A stretch of 64,000 nucleotides of DNA, from positions 1 through 64,000 of IMG/VR virus record IMGVR_UViG_3300007171_000061; one strand, given 5' to 3'. Below are positions 1 to 9,554 of the stretch, piece after piece (within the stretch, counting starts at the first letter, position 1; every line of letters starts with the position of its first letter). This stretch comes from a virus (lineage: Duplodnaviria; Caudoviricetes). The translations under genes and the position numbers were made by a program. The notes under the pieces were generated by a model. The model worked only from the letters and a program-made list of their open reading frames with translations, was not told the origin of the DNA and ran no database searches.

Positions 1-1280
1 GGTGAGGTATTACCCATGATGATGGAACTTGATGCATTGGGTGCTACAGCCATGACATGACTACAACGCTTCATTACACCCATAGTAGCAGCATCTGGAC
101 ACGGACCACGTACTAGAGCTAGTTTTTCATTTGCAGCATCTAGTTGTGTTCTGATGTGTTTAAACATACGCATGTTTGTACTTTTAGCCAATGCACCCTC
201 AAATACAATATTGTTCTTTTGTAAATAAGCATGATAACCCAAAGCACCGACACCTACACTTCGCTCTTGTATTGCACTGAATCTAGCTCTCGCAATTTCA
301 TCAGGAGCATTTTGAATAAAGTACTCAATAACATTGTCAAGCATTTCCAGTACATCAGGAATAAATTGTTCGTCAGTTTTCCAAGTATCAAAGTATTCTA
401 AGTTTAATGAACTCAAGCAACAAACTGCAGTACGCTCTGCCGATGTAGCTAGTGAAATTTCACTGCACAAATTTGAACCATGATTCTTCAATCCTAGTTT
501 CTTTTGGTATTCAGGTAAACCTTCGTTTGCACGATCAATGAACCACAAGTAAGGCTCACCAGTTTGCATACGTAACTCAAGTAATTTCATCCACAGTGCT
601 TTAGCAGAAACAACTTCAGTTACTTTACCGCTATGTGGTTGTACAAGTTCCCAAGTATCATCTGCAGTAGGATCAATCATACAGCGTTCGATAATTTGCA
701 TAAACTTATCACTGATGTTTACACCGTGATTCAAATTCAATGTACGCATGTTTTGGTCACCAGTTGGTTTACGCATTTCTAAGAACTGAGTAATATCTGG
801 ATGACTAATATCCAAATAAGCAGCATATGAACCTCTGCGAGTTGTACCTTGCTTATAAGCCAAGCTGGACGCATCATATACTTTTAAGTGCGGCATCACA
901 CCTGCAGACTTATCATCGCAACCACGAATACCTACGTGTACACCTACACCACCACCCATCATTGATAACCAGTTGGTTTCAGATAAGTTATTGACCAAAC
1001 CTTCAGATGTATCATCTAGAAAATTTAGATAACAGCTAATTGGTAAACCACGTTTATTTCTACCAAAAGATAGAATTGGAGTTGAATAGGATAACCAATG
1101 TTTTGATGCATAGCCATATAGACGTTGAGCATGTGCTTCATCGGTTGCGAAAGATTCTGATACAAAAGCGAATCTATCTTGAGGTGATTGTTCATCCTCT
1201 CGCATGTACGATTCTTTTAATCGTTTCAAACCAAGTTCATCGAACAATGAATCTCTGGTGTAATCTTTCTTAATTTGCAT
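1..1280 (-). CDS. nrdA: Ribonucleotide reductase class I alpha subunit (partial, runs off window start)
   Basis: Manual translation from ATG at 1280: MQIKKDYTRDSLFDELGLKRL...STPILS...LPISCYL...SNLCSEI...AVAPNASSSII; contains the RNR catalytic NLCxE and APxxSSS motifs. Confidence 0.93.
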   Translation of the reverse strand, partial: MQIKKDYTRDSLFDELGLKRLKESYMREDEQSPQDRFAFVSESFATDEAHAQRLYGYASKHWLSYSTPILSFGRNKRGLPISCYLNFLDDTSEGLVNNLSETNWLSMMGGGVGVHVGIRGCDDKSAGVMPHLKVYDASSLAYKQGTTRRGSYAAYLDISHPDITQFLEMRKPTGDQNMRTLNLNHGVNISDKFMQIIERCMIDPTADDTWELVQPHSGKVTEVVSAKALWMKLLELRMQTGEPYLWFIDRANEGLPEYQKKLGLKNHGSNLCSEISLATSAERTAVCCLSSLNLEYFDTWKTDEQFIPDVLEMLDNVIEYFIQNAPDEIARARFSAIQERSVGVGALGYHAYLQKNNIVFEGALAKSTNMRMFKHIRTQLDAANEKLALVRGPCPDAATMGVMKRCSHVMAVAPNASSSIIMGNTS

Positions 1281-1691
1281 TTAGTCTTCCTCTGTTGTTG
1301 TCGCATATTTATCTCTAGATTCTAACAGTGCTTGAGCATCTTCTGTTTCATATCTAGCACGATAAAGGTCTTCTGTTAATTTACTTCCACTGGCTTTATC
1401 AATCGCTGGTCTACTTGCGTATCCACTTTTGATCCAAGCACTATCTAACCGTTCCTCACCAACCCAACGACTGCATACAACAATTTGATTAAATCTGTTT
1501 CTGTGCTGTAAACCATCTTGTCGTTGATATGGTCGAGCTACGTTCATTCCTAGCGAATAAAGGAAATCCTTAAATTCTTCATCCCTGTATTCAAATTCAC
1601 TGCTGTAATTGGGCATTACCTTTACGATCTCTGATTCAGAAATAATACATAATGCTACAATTGCATTGGGTCGAGTTGTGTTTTTATTCAT
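1281..1691 (-). CDS. Hypothetical protein
   Basis: 136-aa ORF with RBS, downstream of a TTGATT-17-TATAAT promoter, abutting nrdA. Confidence 0.7.
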   Translation of the reverse strand: MNKNTTRPNAIVALCIISESEIVKVMPNYSSEFEYRDEEFKDFLYSLGMNVARPYQRQDGLQHRNRFNQIVVCSRWVGEERLDSAWIKSGYASRPAIDKASGSKLTEDLYRARYETEDAQALLESRDKYATTTEED

Positions 1692-1729
1692 TGTTACTAC
1701 CTTTCAGAATAAACGAGAGTCCTATTATA

Positions 1730-1882
1730 TCACTGCTTATTAGTTAAATCAAGGTTATCTTGATCGTCTTCTTTTTTATTATGCAACTGGCGATGTTCAT
1801 ACAGCATCTTAATTGCAACAGCATACATTGTTACAACAATAGCTACTACTATCAATAAACTAATTACTTGAAAAGTTATCAT
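1730..1882 (-). CDS. Small membrane protein (50 aa)
   Basis: Manual translation MITFQVISLLIVVAIVVTMYAVAIKMLYEH...; ATGA overlap with upstream gene; one hydrophobic segment. Confidence 0.6.
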   Translation of the reverse strand: MITFQVISLLIVVAIVVTMYAVAIKMLYEHRQLHNKKEDDQDNLDLTNKQ

Positions 1883-2451
1883 TTGTTATCCTTTTGTTTA
1901 AGTTCAGGGTCCAGCATAAATTCCAACAAGAACATTGCATTGACAGCTACAGCAGCGAGATGAGGCATGTCCGGTACGCTACTGTCACGATCATACACTT
2001 CGCCTTTTCTATGCGCCTCTAAGTGCCTGTAAAGAGCATCTAGATATCGCTGTTCTGCACCTTCAACTTTCTTCCAGTTATTACGCTCTTTGTACTTCTT
2101 TAGACCAACTGTAAGATTCTTAGCAATTTGTTCTAAAGCATATGGTGGAATTAAGCTGTATTGTAACTTGTCTTGATCATATTTAGTACCTATAGGTTGG
2201 TTTTCATGCATTGTAATAGTAGTCGTAGGTTTCCAATCTTGCATTTGCTGTGTATCCGATCGTAAGTCTACTACTGATGCTGGTATAAAAAATACATCAA
2301 TATCTGAACAGTTCATAATTAGGTTTGCCTCCCTGCAACCTTTGCTATCATTGCGAAATGCACAATGATCACATCCATGAGTACCAAGCCGATCCAATAC
2401 AGGTGTATATTCCTTACCAATAACTGTAATATTTTGTAAACTCATGTTCAA
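1879..2451 (-). CDS. dATP/dGTP diphosphohydrolase-like protein (DUF5664) with Cys-rich N-terminus
   Basis: KYDQDKLQYSLIP...GLKKY...NNW...YLDALYRHL motif typical of the family. Confidence 0.8.
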   Translation of the reverse strand: MNMSLQNITVIGKEYTPVLDRLGTHGCDHCAFRNDSKGCREANLIMNCSDIDVFFIPASVVDLRSDTQQMQDWKPTTTITMHENQPIGTKYDQDKLQYSLIPPYALEQIAKNLTVGLKKYKERNNWKKVEGAEQRYLDALYRHLEAHRKGEVYDRDSSVPDMPHLAAVAVNAMFLLEFMLDPELKQKDNK

Positions 2452-2951
2452 TCCTCCTTAAAACCATTCAGTAGTAAATCTGCAGGGATGCAATTGCTAA
2501 GGTCATTACTCTCAAATCCAACAGGTTTCATTACTTTGTCTTTCAAGTTCTTAATTACAAACATGTCATAATCAGAATTATACTCAACAGTAACTTGTGT
2601 TCCGTCTTGTTCATATTTTTGTGCAGTTTCAATAGCAATGCGTTCATCAGAAGGATATTTGGTGAGATTATTGTATCCTGTATCTCGCATAGCTTTATTC
2701 ATGTCTACACCTAGATGTTCTAGCTTTTGTACTAAACCTAAAGCAGTCACCATTACATCTACTACACCATCTACGACTTCTTTTACATTATTGCGATCAA
2801 TGCCTTTTTCTTTAATCTCTTTAGTTTCCTCTAAGATTAAGTTATATTGAAACTCAATATCTTTTAAAGTACAAAGTTTATCTTTACCTGCAATTTCATT
2901 GAATGCATAACAGTCAATTTGAAAATCTGAAATATTATAGTCGTAAATCAT
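2448..2951 (-). CDS. MazG-like NTP pyrophosphohydrolase
   Basis: LILEETKE...EVVDGVVDVMVT (EExxE...ExxD) and KVMKP motif of phage MazG-like proteins. Confidence 0.75.
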   Translation of the reverse strand: MIYDYNISDFQIDCYAFNEIAGKDKLCTLKDIEFQYNLILEETKEIKEKGIDRNNVKEVVDGVVDVMVTALGLVQKLEHLGVDMNKAMRDTGYNNLTKYPSDERIAIETAQKYEQDGTQVTVEYNSDYDMFVIKNLKDKVMKPVGFESNDLSNCIPADLLLNGFKED

Positions 2952-3118
2952 AGGTCGCCTTTCTTTGCGTTTTTAATATAGTTAAGTTCATAAAGCGCAT
3001 CATCTACTGCATCTTTTAGATATACTAAAAGAAACAATGGAAGAATTAGCAACCATACAACATACACAATAAACTTCATATTGTGATCAATACACCATTT
3101 TACCCAAGGTTTAAACAT
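2948..3118 (-). CDS. Small membrane protein (56 aa)
   Basis: Manual translation MFKPWVKWCIDHNMKFIVYVVWLLILPLFLLVYLKDAVDD...; ATGA overlap with downstream gene. Confidence 0.6.
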   Translation of the reverse strand: MFKPWVKWCIDHNMKFIVYVVWLLILPLFLLVYLKDAVDDALYELNYIKNAKKGDL

Positions 3119-3141
3119 AGCACTCCTTTGCTAAGAAAAAT

Positions 3142-3161
3142 CCCCGGCTGTTAACCGGGGT
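3142..3161 (-). terminator. Rho-independent terminator
   Basis: Minus strand CCCCGG-TTAACAG-CCGGG(G/A) followed by ATTTTTC. Confidence 0.65.
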
Positions 3162-3201
3162 GTGAACTCAAATTGTAAGGTGCTAGTATAGCACAAGTTG
3201 G

Positions 3202-4161
3202 TTACATCAGCAAGCTTTTACGCTTTTCTTTTGTAGTTTTCGGTGTTCTATGCCGATGTACAGCACCACATTCATTACAACGCATTTCATCAAAGACATT
3301 CAGTGCTGTTTCTGTTGTACGACCTATAGCTTCAACTTCTGAACTACCGCATACACGACAACGAATTAAATCATCATTAAAATACAAAGCTGCATTGAAG
3401 TCAGAACCTGCACGACCTAGTTGACGAGTGCGTAGATATACATCATACAACAAATCAACGTCTTGTAGGCAGTATTCCACCATCTGTTCCATCGCTTCTT
3501 CATCACCTTCTTGTACTCTACGCCAGAGTGAAATACCACTAGTGCTGATCTTACGACCTAGACCAAAGAATTCACCAATTGCATCCAAACGGTTGCTAGG
3601 TAACTTCAAGTATTTCTTTACCAGTTGTAGTGTATCTAGTACTTTAACTTGTGGTAGTGGAGGAAAACCATTATAAATTGCTCGTGTCTGTACAACTTTG
3701 TGATCGAAACCTTGTGAGTTATGAGCGAGTACAGCATCAGCTTCTTCGTACAGTTCAAATAGCTTTGCAACAATTCTGGAATCATCTTTATTTAGTACTT
3801 CGTCTTGTGTAAGATGAATACTTTCTGTAGTATTGCTACCTAACCAGCGCCAGCAAGCGCACAGTAACCAACCACCGTTATCTAAGATGTTATCTTGTGA
3901 CAGGTTAACTTTGAATCGACCAAATGTAAGTGCAGTAGCTGCTGCAGTTTCAGTATCAAATACTAAAATCTTTGGACCTTCTTTTTGTTTAAATGCTACG
4001 TTATCTGGATTGTAGAAAGGTTTAGGATTAGCAATCCAACGATTCCAAATATCATTAACTGTAGATTTACCGATACCTAGTTCTTGTGCAACTTGTCGGC
4101 TACTCATACCTGCACCTGTCATCCTTACGACTTTCTCTACGATATCCATTGTATGCTTCAT
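3202..4161 (-). CDS. HTH + RNase H-like (DnaQ/RNase_H_2) 3'-5' exonuclease + Zn ribbon
   Basis: N-terminal HTH (SSRQVAQELGIGKSTVNDIW), ILVFDTET, HNSQGFD, YCLQDV exonuclease motifs, C-terminal CxxC...CxxC. Confidence 0.8.
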   Translation of the reverse strand: MKHTMDIVEKVVRMTGAGMSSRQVAQELGIGKSTVNDIWNRWIANPKPFYNPDNVAFKQKEGPKILVFDTETAAATALTFGRFKVNLSQDNILDNGGWLLCACWRWLGSNTTESIHLTQDEVLNKDDSRIVAKLFELYEEADAVLAHNSQGFDHKVVQTRAIYNGFPPLPQVKVLDTLQLVKKYLKLPSNRLDAIGEFFGLGRKISTSGISLWRRVQEGDEEAMEQMVEYCLQDVDLLYDVYLRTRQLGRAGSDFNAALYFNDDLIRCRVCGSSEVEAIGRTTETALNVFDEMRCNECGAVHRHRTPKTTKEKRKSLLM

Positions 4162-4340
4162 TCTAAGTTTCCTTCCGTTACAGTTGCGTCATGTTTGTAA
4201 ATCCAGTTGAGAGCATTGAATGTACCACCTTCTCTAGTCCAGTAAGCTTTGTCATCAATGAATCTTACTTCAAATTCTTCTCCGATACGTTTACTGTACC
4301 AAAGAAGAGCATCGCTGCAGTCTATTACTTTAATTTTCAT
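4158..4340 (-). CDS. Hypothetical protein
   Basis: 60-aa ORF overlapping both neighbours in operon. Confidence 0.6.
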   Translation of the reverse strand: MKIKVIDCSDALLWYSKRIGEEFEVRFIDDKAYWTREGGTFNALNWIYKHDATVTEGNLE

Positions 4341-4848
4341 CTCGTTCCTTTACTTCCTGTATCAAAGCACGAATTGTATCATAACTGTACTCTCGTGTCA
4401 ATACTGCTCGTTGAAATAACTTTTTGCGTTCGCTAGCATTTTTACCTTTAGTTTGACCTAAAGCTACAATTACCGTATCTTTACTTGATTCTTTTAGTTT
4501 ATTAAATTCTGTATTAATCTTGCGTATCCAACCATTATGACGGTATCTACCATTAGGTTTCTTCTCAAGGTAATCAGCGCATTCTCTAAGTAGTGTAGGT
4601 AAATCATTAGGATACCACCAAGCGATTAGTCTTGTATAAGCATTTTCAGCTTTACCTGCAAAAGCATTAACTTGACGATGTAATACTCCACGAACAAACT
4701 GCGTTTCATCATGAGCATGATCAAGTACGTGTTGTTTAGCTGGAATTTCTAAACCAGTTACAGCGCATTTATTATCTTGCTCTTTAGTTAGTAGTTCACG
4801 TACTTTCTTCACATCTGCTGTATTGTACAGGTCAATCGTCATTTGCAT
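4330..4848 (-). CDS. Recombination endonuclease VII-like Holliday junction resolvase
   Basis: CAVTG...VLDHAHDETQFVRGVLHRQVN matches the Endo VII core. Confidence 0.8.
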   Translation of the reverse strand: MQMTIDLYNTADVKKVRELLTKEQDNKCAVTGLEIPAKQHVLDHAHDETQFVRGVLHRQVNAFAGKAENAYTRLIAWWYPNDLPTLLRECADYLEKKPNGRYRHNGWIRKINTEFNKLKESSKDTVIVALGQTKGKNASERKKLFQRAVLTREYSYDTIRALIQEVKERDEN

Positions 4849-5068
4849 TTAACCTACGTTCTAATCGGTCAATGATATCATCCATTTCACCAATTACAGA
4901 TTCCAACTTGTAGATTTCATCAGCAGCTTCTTCAAGTAAATCAGCAATACGATCTGGTTTACCTTCTTGTACTGATTTACGAGTTTGAATATTCCTGCGG
5001 ATTTCTGCACGTTTTCTCAAACGATAAACTAGTGATTCTTCTGGTTTTTTTAGTTTGATTTTAATCAT
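4832..5068 (-). CDS. Hypothetical protein
   Basis: LVYRLRKRAEIRRNI...DRIADLLEEAADEI; probable start MIKIK at 5068. Confidence 0.6.
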   Translation of the reverse strand: MIKIKLKKPEESLVYRLRKRAEIRRNIQTRKSVQEGKPDRIADLLEEAADEIYKLESVIGEMDDIIDRLERRLNANDD

Positions 5069-6056
5069 AAGGATTGACCCCTCTTTCCATTGCAAATTGC
5101 ATAAAGCTGCTAACGTCATCCCAACTGCGTTTCATGTATGCACAACTCCAGTATAACTGCAGCATGTCAAACCAATCCGCTTCTTCATGCAGAACACCAT
5201 GACAATCAGTATAACTGAAACTTTCAGGATATAGGCGTTTAAACTCAGAGATAATTACTTTCAGAATCTCTTGCTCTGTTGTACAACCTTCTAGTGCTTT
5301 CATTGCTTTAGCCGGACCATAACTTACCTTAGATAGCTCGTAAGGTTTATAAGTATCTGCTAAGTCACCAGATAAAACTTGCAATGCTAAAAACATCAAC
5401 CCATCACCCTTGATTGTAGTTACTGTTGTTTTCTTAACTTTACGCAAGTGTCCAAGTGTTGGTATCAGATGAACTTTAGGATCATCATCAGTCCAGTTAT
5501 AAAGCGAAATTCCTTGACACTGGTAGCTGTCCTTGTCTACGCTTGCTAACACGGCTTCTTGACCGTTTTGAAGGCATTCGTAAGCACGTATGGTGACCAC
5601 ATCATCTACTTCCATTCCATTATCAACAACCTTTGTTTTGTACTTGCGTCTTAGATGGTTTCTCACTGCAGTTAAGTGCGTGGGCTTTATGTTGTCATCT
5701 CTATTGTTTTTATACGGTGATGGTAAAGGTAACTTGTGTCTGAACGTTTCTCCACCACCAATGTAGATTTCTACATCATCACACCAAGTGTTTTCAAGTA
5801 ATGCACTGATACTTTTATTGACTGTACCAATTGCAATTGAAATGTCCATAGGATGTTGATGATCGGTAATCTCATAAGCTTCAGGTTTAAATTCAATGTT
5901 CTTAGCTTGTAGAAACTTCTTAAGTTCAGTCCTAGTTTTAAACTCTTTTTCATTTCCTGATTTTAAGTGCTTTGCAATGATTGAACGAGTTTCAGCAGCA
6001 GCAGCATGTTTGTATGCTACTAAGTCACCATCTACAATAAGTAATCTATTACTCAT
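5061..6056 (-). CDS. 5'-3' exonuclease / flap endonuclease (T7 gp6 / T5 D15-like)
   Basis: LIVDGDLVAY, PYKNNR, EVDDV, SVDKD, GDLADTY acidic FEN motifs. Confidence 0.85.
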   Translation of the reverse strand: MSNRLLIVDGDLVAYKHAAAAETRSIIAKHLKSGNEKEFKTRTELKKFLQAKNIEFKPEAYEITDHQHPMDISIAIGTVNKSISALLENTWCDDVEIYIGGGETFRHKLPLPSPYKNNRDDNIKPTHLTAVRNHLRRKYKTKVVDNGMEVDDVVTIRAYECLQNGQEAVLASVDKDSYQCQGISLYNWTDDDPKVHLIPTLGHLRKVKKTTVTTIKGDGLMFLALQVLSGDLADTYKPYELSKVSYGPAKAMKALEGCTTEQEILKVIISEFKRLYPESFSYTDCHGVLHEEADWFDMLQLYWSCAYMKRSWDDVSSFMQFAMERGVNPYD

Positions 6057-6070
6057 GGCTCTCCTTAAAG

Positions 6071-6100
6071 AAAAACCCCAAGGGTATTAGCCTCGGGGTA
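6071..6100 (-). terminator. Rho-independent terminator
   Basis: Minus strand CCCCGAGG-CTAATAC-CCTTGGGG-TTTTTC. Confidence 0.75.
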
Positions 6101-6105
6101 AAATA

Positions 6106-6324
6106 TTAGCTTCGGCTAATGTCGATAGCTTTCAGAATTTCATCTGATTTAGCTTTTAGTTCATCAACCTTATTTTTAACGATTGCTTTTGCTACTGCAC
6201 TAACAATTGCTGGATCAAGACCTGATTCTTTAGCTTCATCTTTGATTTCCTTAGCTTCTTCAGCTAGTGACTGCTCTTCGGTATAAATACGAACTAGTTT
6301 TGCGATTGCTTCTTTCTGATTCAT
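6106..6324 (-). CDS. GapR/DUF2312 or T4 DsbA-like DNA-binding protein
   Basis: EEQSLAEEAKEIKDEAKESGLDPAIVSAVAK pattern characteristic of GapR/DsbA helices. Confidence 0.65.
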   Translation of the reverse strand: MNQKEAIAKLVRIYTEEQSLAEEAKEIKDEAKESGLDPAIVSAVAKAIVKNKVDELKAKSDEILKAIDISRS

Positions 6325-6325
6325 A

Positions 6326-6535
6326 TTAATCCTTTCGAGTAAAAACTGCTTTGCTGAAAACTGTCAAGTTCAATAGAACTACCGCTGCCCACTGATAGAA
6401 ACCAAATGGAATTGCTAGGATCGGGAACAGTGTGTTCAATGACCAGATAATAGCAAGAGGTCCGAAAATGAGTAATAGTACAGCAAAAGTAAGTAACGCT
6501 ACAATTGCAATAATGTCCTTAGTTTGTTTTGTCAT
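6326..6535 (-). CDS. Small two-pass membrane protein
   Basis: Two hydrophobic segments (LLIFGPLAIIWSLNTLF; FYQWAAVVLL). Confidence 0.65.
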   Translation of the reverse strand: MTKQTKDIIAIVALLTFAVLLLIFGPLAIIWSLNTLFPILAIPFGFYQWAAVVLLNLTVFSKAVFTRKD

Positions 6536-6560
6536 GATAATTTATTCCTCTATGTTAAAT

Positions 6561-6998
6561 TCAAAAATGTCTATGTAATGTCAGATGGCAACTACCACAA
6601 AGCCAAGTAACACATAGAAACATGTCTTCTGAATATGATGAATGATGCGCGTGTGGTTTACAAAGTTTACCACAAAATTCACAAACATTCGGTCTAAACA
6701 ATTTTCTATCTCTAACAGCATTATTAACTGCCGAGTTAGCTCTCTTCTTGTTAGGGAAAAGTTTATCTCTTTCTAATTGATAAGAACTTCTTCGCTCTTT
6801 GTCTGGTTTCTTGAGATATTTTTGTTTATCATACTGTACGTAATATTCGATATTTGACCTTCGATTTTTACGAACATCTTTCTTACTGCATTCTTTACAC
6901 TTATTTAAGTGACCATCCAACATTCTCGGATGTTTATAAAATGCAGAGAGTTCTTTATTCTCTCCGCACTTAAAACAACATTTGTGTTTTCCTGACAT
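6561..6998 (-). CDS. HNH homing endonuclease
   Basis: N-terminal CxxC...CxxC Zn module; CEFCG...HAHH...WLCGSCH HNH core. Confidence 0.8.
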   Translation of the reverse strand: MSGKHKCCFKCGENKELSAFYKHPRMLDGHLNKCKECSKKDVRKNRRSNIEYYVQYDKQKYLKKPDKERRSSYQLERDKLFPNKKRANSAVNNAVRDRKLFRPNVCEFCGKLCKPHAHHSSYSEDMFLCVTWLCGSCHLTLHRHF

Positions 6999-7649
6999 TT
7001 AGAAAGGAACTTCCCCATCATCTTCATCGGCAGGTGTCTCAACCTTAGCACGAGCTTTTGGTTTAACTTCTGCTTTAACTTCAGTTTTAGCTTTTGGAGC
7101 TTCTGCTTCAGGCTCATCATCGAATTCGCTTCCGGGTTCGTATTCTGGACCTGATTCAGCTACATATTCGATCATTTCAGTGACTAGAACGTTCTTTAGA
7201 TACAACGATGCCGTACCATTAGTGCGCTCAAACTTGTCAATACTGATTGAACCGTAAGAACCATTCGCAGGTAGTTTGCTGTTAGTAACGTCAACTAGTG
7301 CTTTACCGACTTTCTCAAAGACCTTTGGCTTGTACAAGTCAGGAACAGGCTTACCAGTTTTACCTAGTTCTGTACTCTTGCGCAAAGTTACAACCCAAAT
7401 ATTCTTACCTGCATCTTCTGGAGGTGCTACTTTGTAGATACCTTCAAATTCAGTAGTCTTTACTTTCTTGACGGATGTTTGGGCATCAATACCTTTGGCA
7501 AACTCTTCGTACTCATCTACTACATCTTCATCTGTAATAGCTACTGAAGCTTTCCATTCATCTGGCTTTGCTGGCTCTCCGGGTTTAACATAAGCTTTTT
7601 GAGGCTTGTTTAGTGACACATAGAGAAGCATACCTGTTAGTTTTTGCAT
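6999..7649 (-). CDS. Single-stranded DNA-binding protein (T7 gp2.5-like)
   Basis: Position in replication module; acidic tail ending DEDDGEVPF. Confidence 0.7.
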   Translation of the reverse strand: MQKLTGMLLYVSLNKPQKAYVKPGEPAKPDEWKASVAITDEDVVDEYEEFAKGIDAQTSVKKVKTTEFEGIYKVAPPEDAGKNIWVVTLRKSTELGKTGKPVPDLYKPKVFEKVGKALVDVTNSKLPANGSYGSISIDKFERTNGTASLYLKNVLVTEMIEYVAESGPEYEPGSEFDDEPEAEAPKAKTEVKAEVKPKARAKVETPADEDDGEVPF

Positions 7650-7712
7650 AATATTTCCTTTCGACTATTAATAAAAGACTCTACTTGTAACGGAAGTAGT
7701 AACCGAAGTGCA

Positions 7713-7741
7713 ATTATAGCAAATTGCAAATGCTGTGTCAA
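7713..7741 (-). promoter_or_regulatory. sigma70-type promoter for the SSB operon
   Basis: TTGACA-17 nt-TATAAT on minus strand. Confidence 0.75.
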
Positions 7742-7759
7742 TAGTTTATTGACTTTATT

Positions 7760-7834
7760 TGGTGGGTCAGACTGGACTTGAACCAGCACTATCTCGATTA
7801 TGAGTCGAGGGCTTCACCTTTAAGCTACTGACCC
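7760..7834 (-). tRNA. tRNA-CAT, probably Ile2 (lysidine type); Met possible
   Basis: GGGTCAG/CTGACCC acceptor stem, CTCGA-CT CAT AA-TCGAG anticodon arm, GCTGGTTCAAGTCCAG T-arm, encoded CCA. Confidence 0.9.
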
Positions 7835-7872
7835 TTATGTATCATAAACAATACCTAAGATAACATTAGATA

Positions 7873-8247
7873 TCATTTATGATGCTTTTTCTTTTTAAAT
7901 ACAGTGATAGTTTTCTCTACAGGTTGTACCTCATAGAACTCATCATAGGTGGAACCATTGTAAGAAGCATACCAACCATCGAATTTAATGAATACAACTT
8001 GCATACCATCACTGAACGAATATACAGACCAGTAATCAGAACCTTGATCTTCACCACCGTAACGATCTACTTCTTTAAACGTAATCTTTTCATCTTTCAG
8101 TAGCTTGCGAAAAGCTTTTACTTCTGTATATTCCCAATCGTACTCTTTATCACCAATCTCGCAATTGAAAAACTCTCTGAGTACATCACTATCAGCTTCT
8201 GCAAGTAAAGCTACAATTTTATCATTAAGCATGTCATTTCCTTTCAA
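7873..8247 (-). CDS. Hypothetical protein, paralogue of 8244-8738
   Basis: C-terminal YASYNGSTYDEFYEVQPVEKTITVF. Confidence 0.7.
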   Translation of the reverse strand: MKGNDMLNDKIVALLAEADSDVLREFFNCEIGDKEYDWEYTEVKAFRKLLKDEKITFKEVDRYGGEDQGSDYWSVYSFSDGMQVVFIKFDGWYASYNGSTYDEFYEVQPVEKTITVFKKKKHHK

Positions 8248-8738
8248 GGGTTATAAGCATTAAACACTGTACAAGTAATTTCTTTTGGTTTTACAAAGTA
8301 GAAGTTACTGTACTCATTACCATTATACGATGAATATTGGCAATTGATCTGAACGTAACCAACAATTTCTTTATCTTCAAGTACAGCAAATACAGTATAC
8401 ACTGGATATTCGCTCAAGTCGTACTGATCAACAAGATTGTTAGTTGCACTTTGATTGTACAGTGAATTATCAAAAGTTGCTGAATCGTATTTAACGCTCA
8501 GATTAACTTCACGAAGTTCATCGTTAATTGAATGAACGATATCGTGTGGTTGATGCCCATTTAGTTGTTCAGTAATTTCATTTTCATGGTGTCTGATATA
8601 CTTTTGAAACGCATTGTGAAAACGCTTATTCCAAGGTAGTGCATTTTGAAGTTGCTTGATCTTCTCTGCAGCTTCTTTTTGAATCTGAGCGATCTGCTGC
8701 TCTACTGTCAGTTCTACTACAGCTTTAGTTCGTGCCAT
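8244..8738 (-). CDS. Hypothetical protein, paralogue of 7873-8247
   Basis: C-terminal YSSYNGNEYSNFYFVKPKEITCTVF. Confidence 0.7.
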   Translation of the reverse strand: MARTKAVVELTVEQQIAQIQKEAAEKIKQLQNALPWNKRFHNAFQKYIRHHENEITEQLNGHQPHDIVHSINDELREVNLSVKYDSATFDNSLYNQSATNNLVDQYDLSEYPVYTVFAVLEDKEIVGYVQINCQYSSYNGNEYSNFYFVKPKEITCTVFNAYNP

Positions 8739-9543
8739 GTTCTAGTTCCTTTCTGATGTTGTCAAACTTCATTGTATCACACAAATTGAAGATTTCAGGA
8801 TAATTATCTATCGCAAAATCTCTAAACCAACCACTGCACAATGTAGTGCATACTTTATCAAGTGCTTTTAAGTACGCATGTCGTGGTGCATAATTCCAGT
8901 TGCTTGGTACAAGAAAACGCTCAATTGCAATGACTTGTGCTTCTTCAGCTACGCATTTGATTTTATCATCTTTTGATAGCTTATCCCACAAATCTTTGTC
9001 ACACCATGCGCTACTTGCGTTGCGTTGAAGCTGAGTATACAACGGTTTGTCGTGATATGCAACAAGTTCGTGCAAATAATCATGATTGTATTTCTTCTCA
9101 ACGTAATCATCAAAGAACTCATCTACTGTTTTCTTCAAGCTAGGATGACCTTGTGGGTAAGCGGTCATAGTTAAAGCTGTGCGGTTTCGTAATACACGTT
9201 CATCAAACGCAGTAAATGCAGGACGATACCTTGCAAGATGCTTATGATAATGTGTAATGTGCTTTTGAAAGCTTAGATCACGCCACAGGTGACTGCGTTT
9301 GATAATCGCTAGTCCAATCGGATTAACGATGTATACACGTTGACCTGCAATCTCAATGAACTGCTCAGATGCATATCGTTCCATATCATAGTTACCTACC
9401 GTATTGAAATCATGCAATTCAATGCGCTTAGTTGCATCTTCAATTCCATGCAAACTAATAATGTCCCAATCAGTAGTAGGTTTGCACTTGAAGCTATCAC
9501 TCCAGTATTCCAATGCACGAGAACCAATCAGTAGGTTTTTCAT
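8725..9543 (-). CDS. Putative Pol-beta-superfamily nucleotidyltransferase-like phage protein
   Basis: N-terminal IGSRAL...DWDII (GS + DxD) motif; C-terminal FFDDYV...HDYLHE helical domain; strong TAAGGAG RBS. Confidence 0.6.
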   Translation of the reverse strand: MKNLLIGSRALEYWSDSFKCKPTTDWDIISLHGIEDATKRIELHDFNTVGNYDMERYASEQFIEIAGQRVYIVNPIGLAIIKRSHLWRDLSFQKHITHYHKHLARYRPAFTAFDERVLRNRTALTMTAYPQGHPSLKKTVDEFFDDYVEKKYNHDYLHELVAYHDKPLYTQLQRNASSAWCDKDLWDKLSKDDKIKCVAEEAQVIAIERFLVPSNWNYAPRHAYLKALDKVCTTLCSGWFRDFAIDNYPEIFNLCDTMKFDNIRKELEHGTN

Positions 9544-9554
9544 ATTACTCCTTA

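Noticed and set aside
1879-2951. 2-aminoadenine (Z) or 7-deazaguanine genome system
   Set aside because: No PurZ, DatZ, DpdA or Que genes recognised in this window; the hydrolases alone are insufficient evidence
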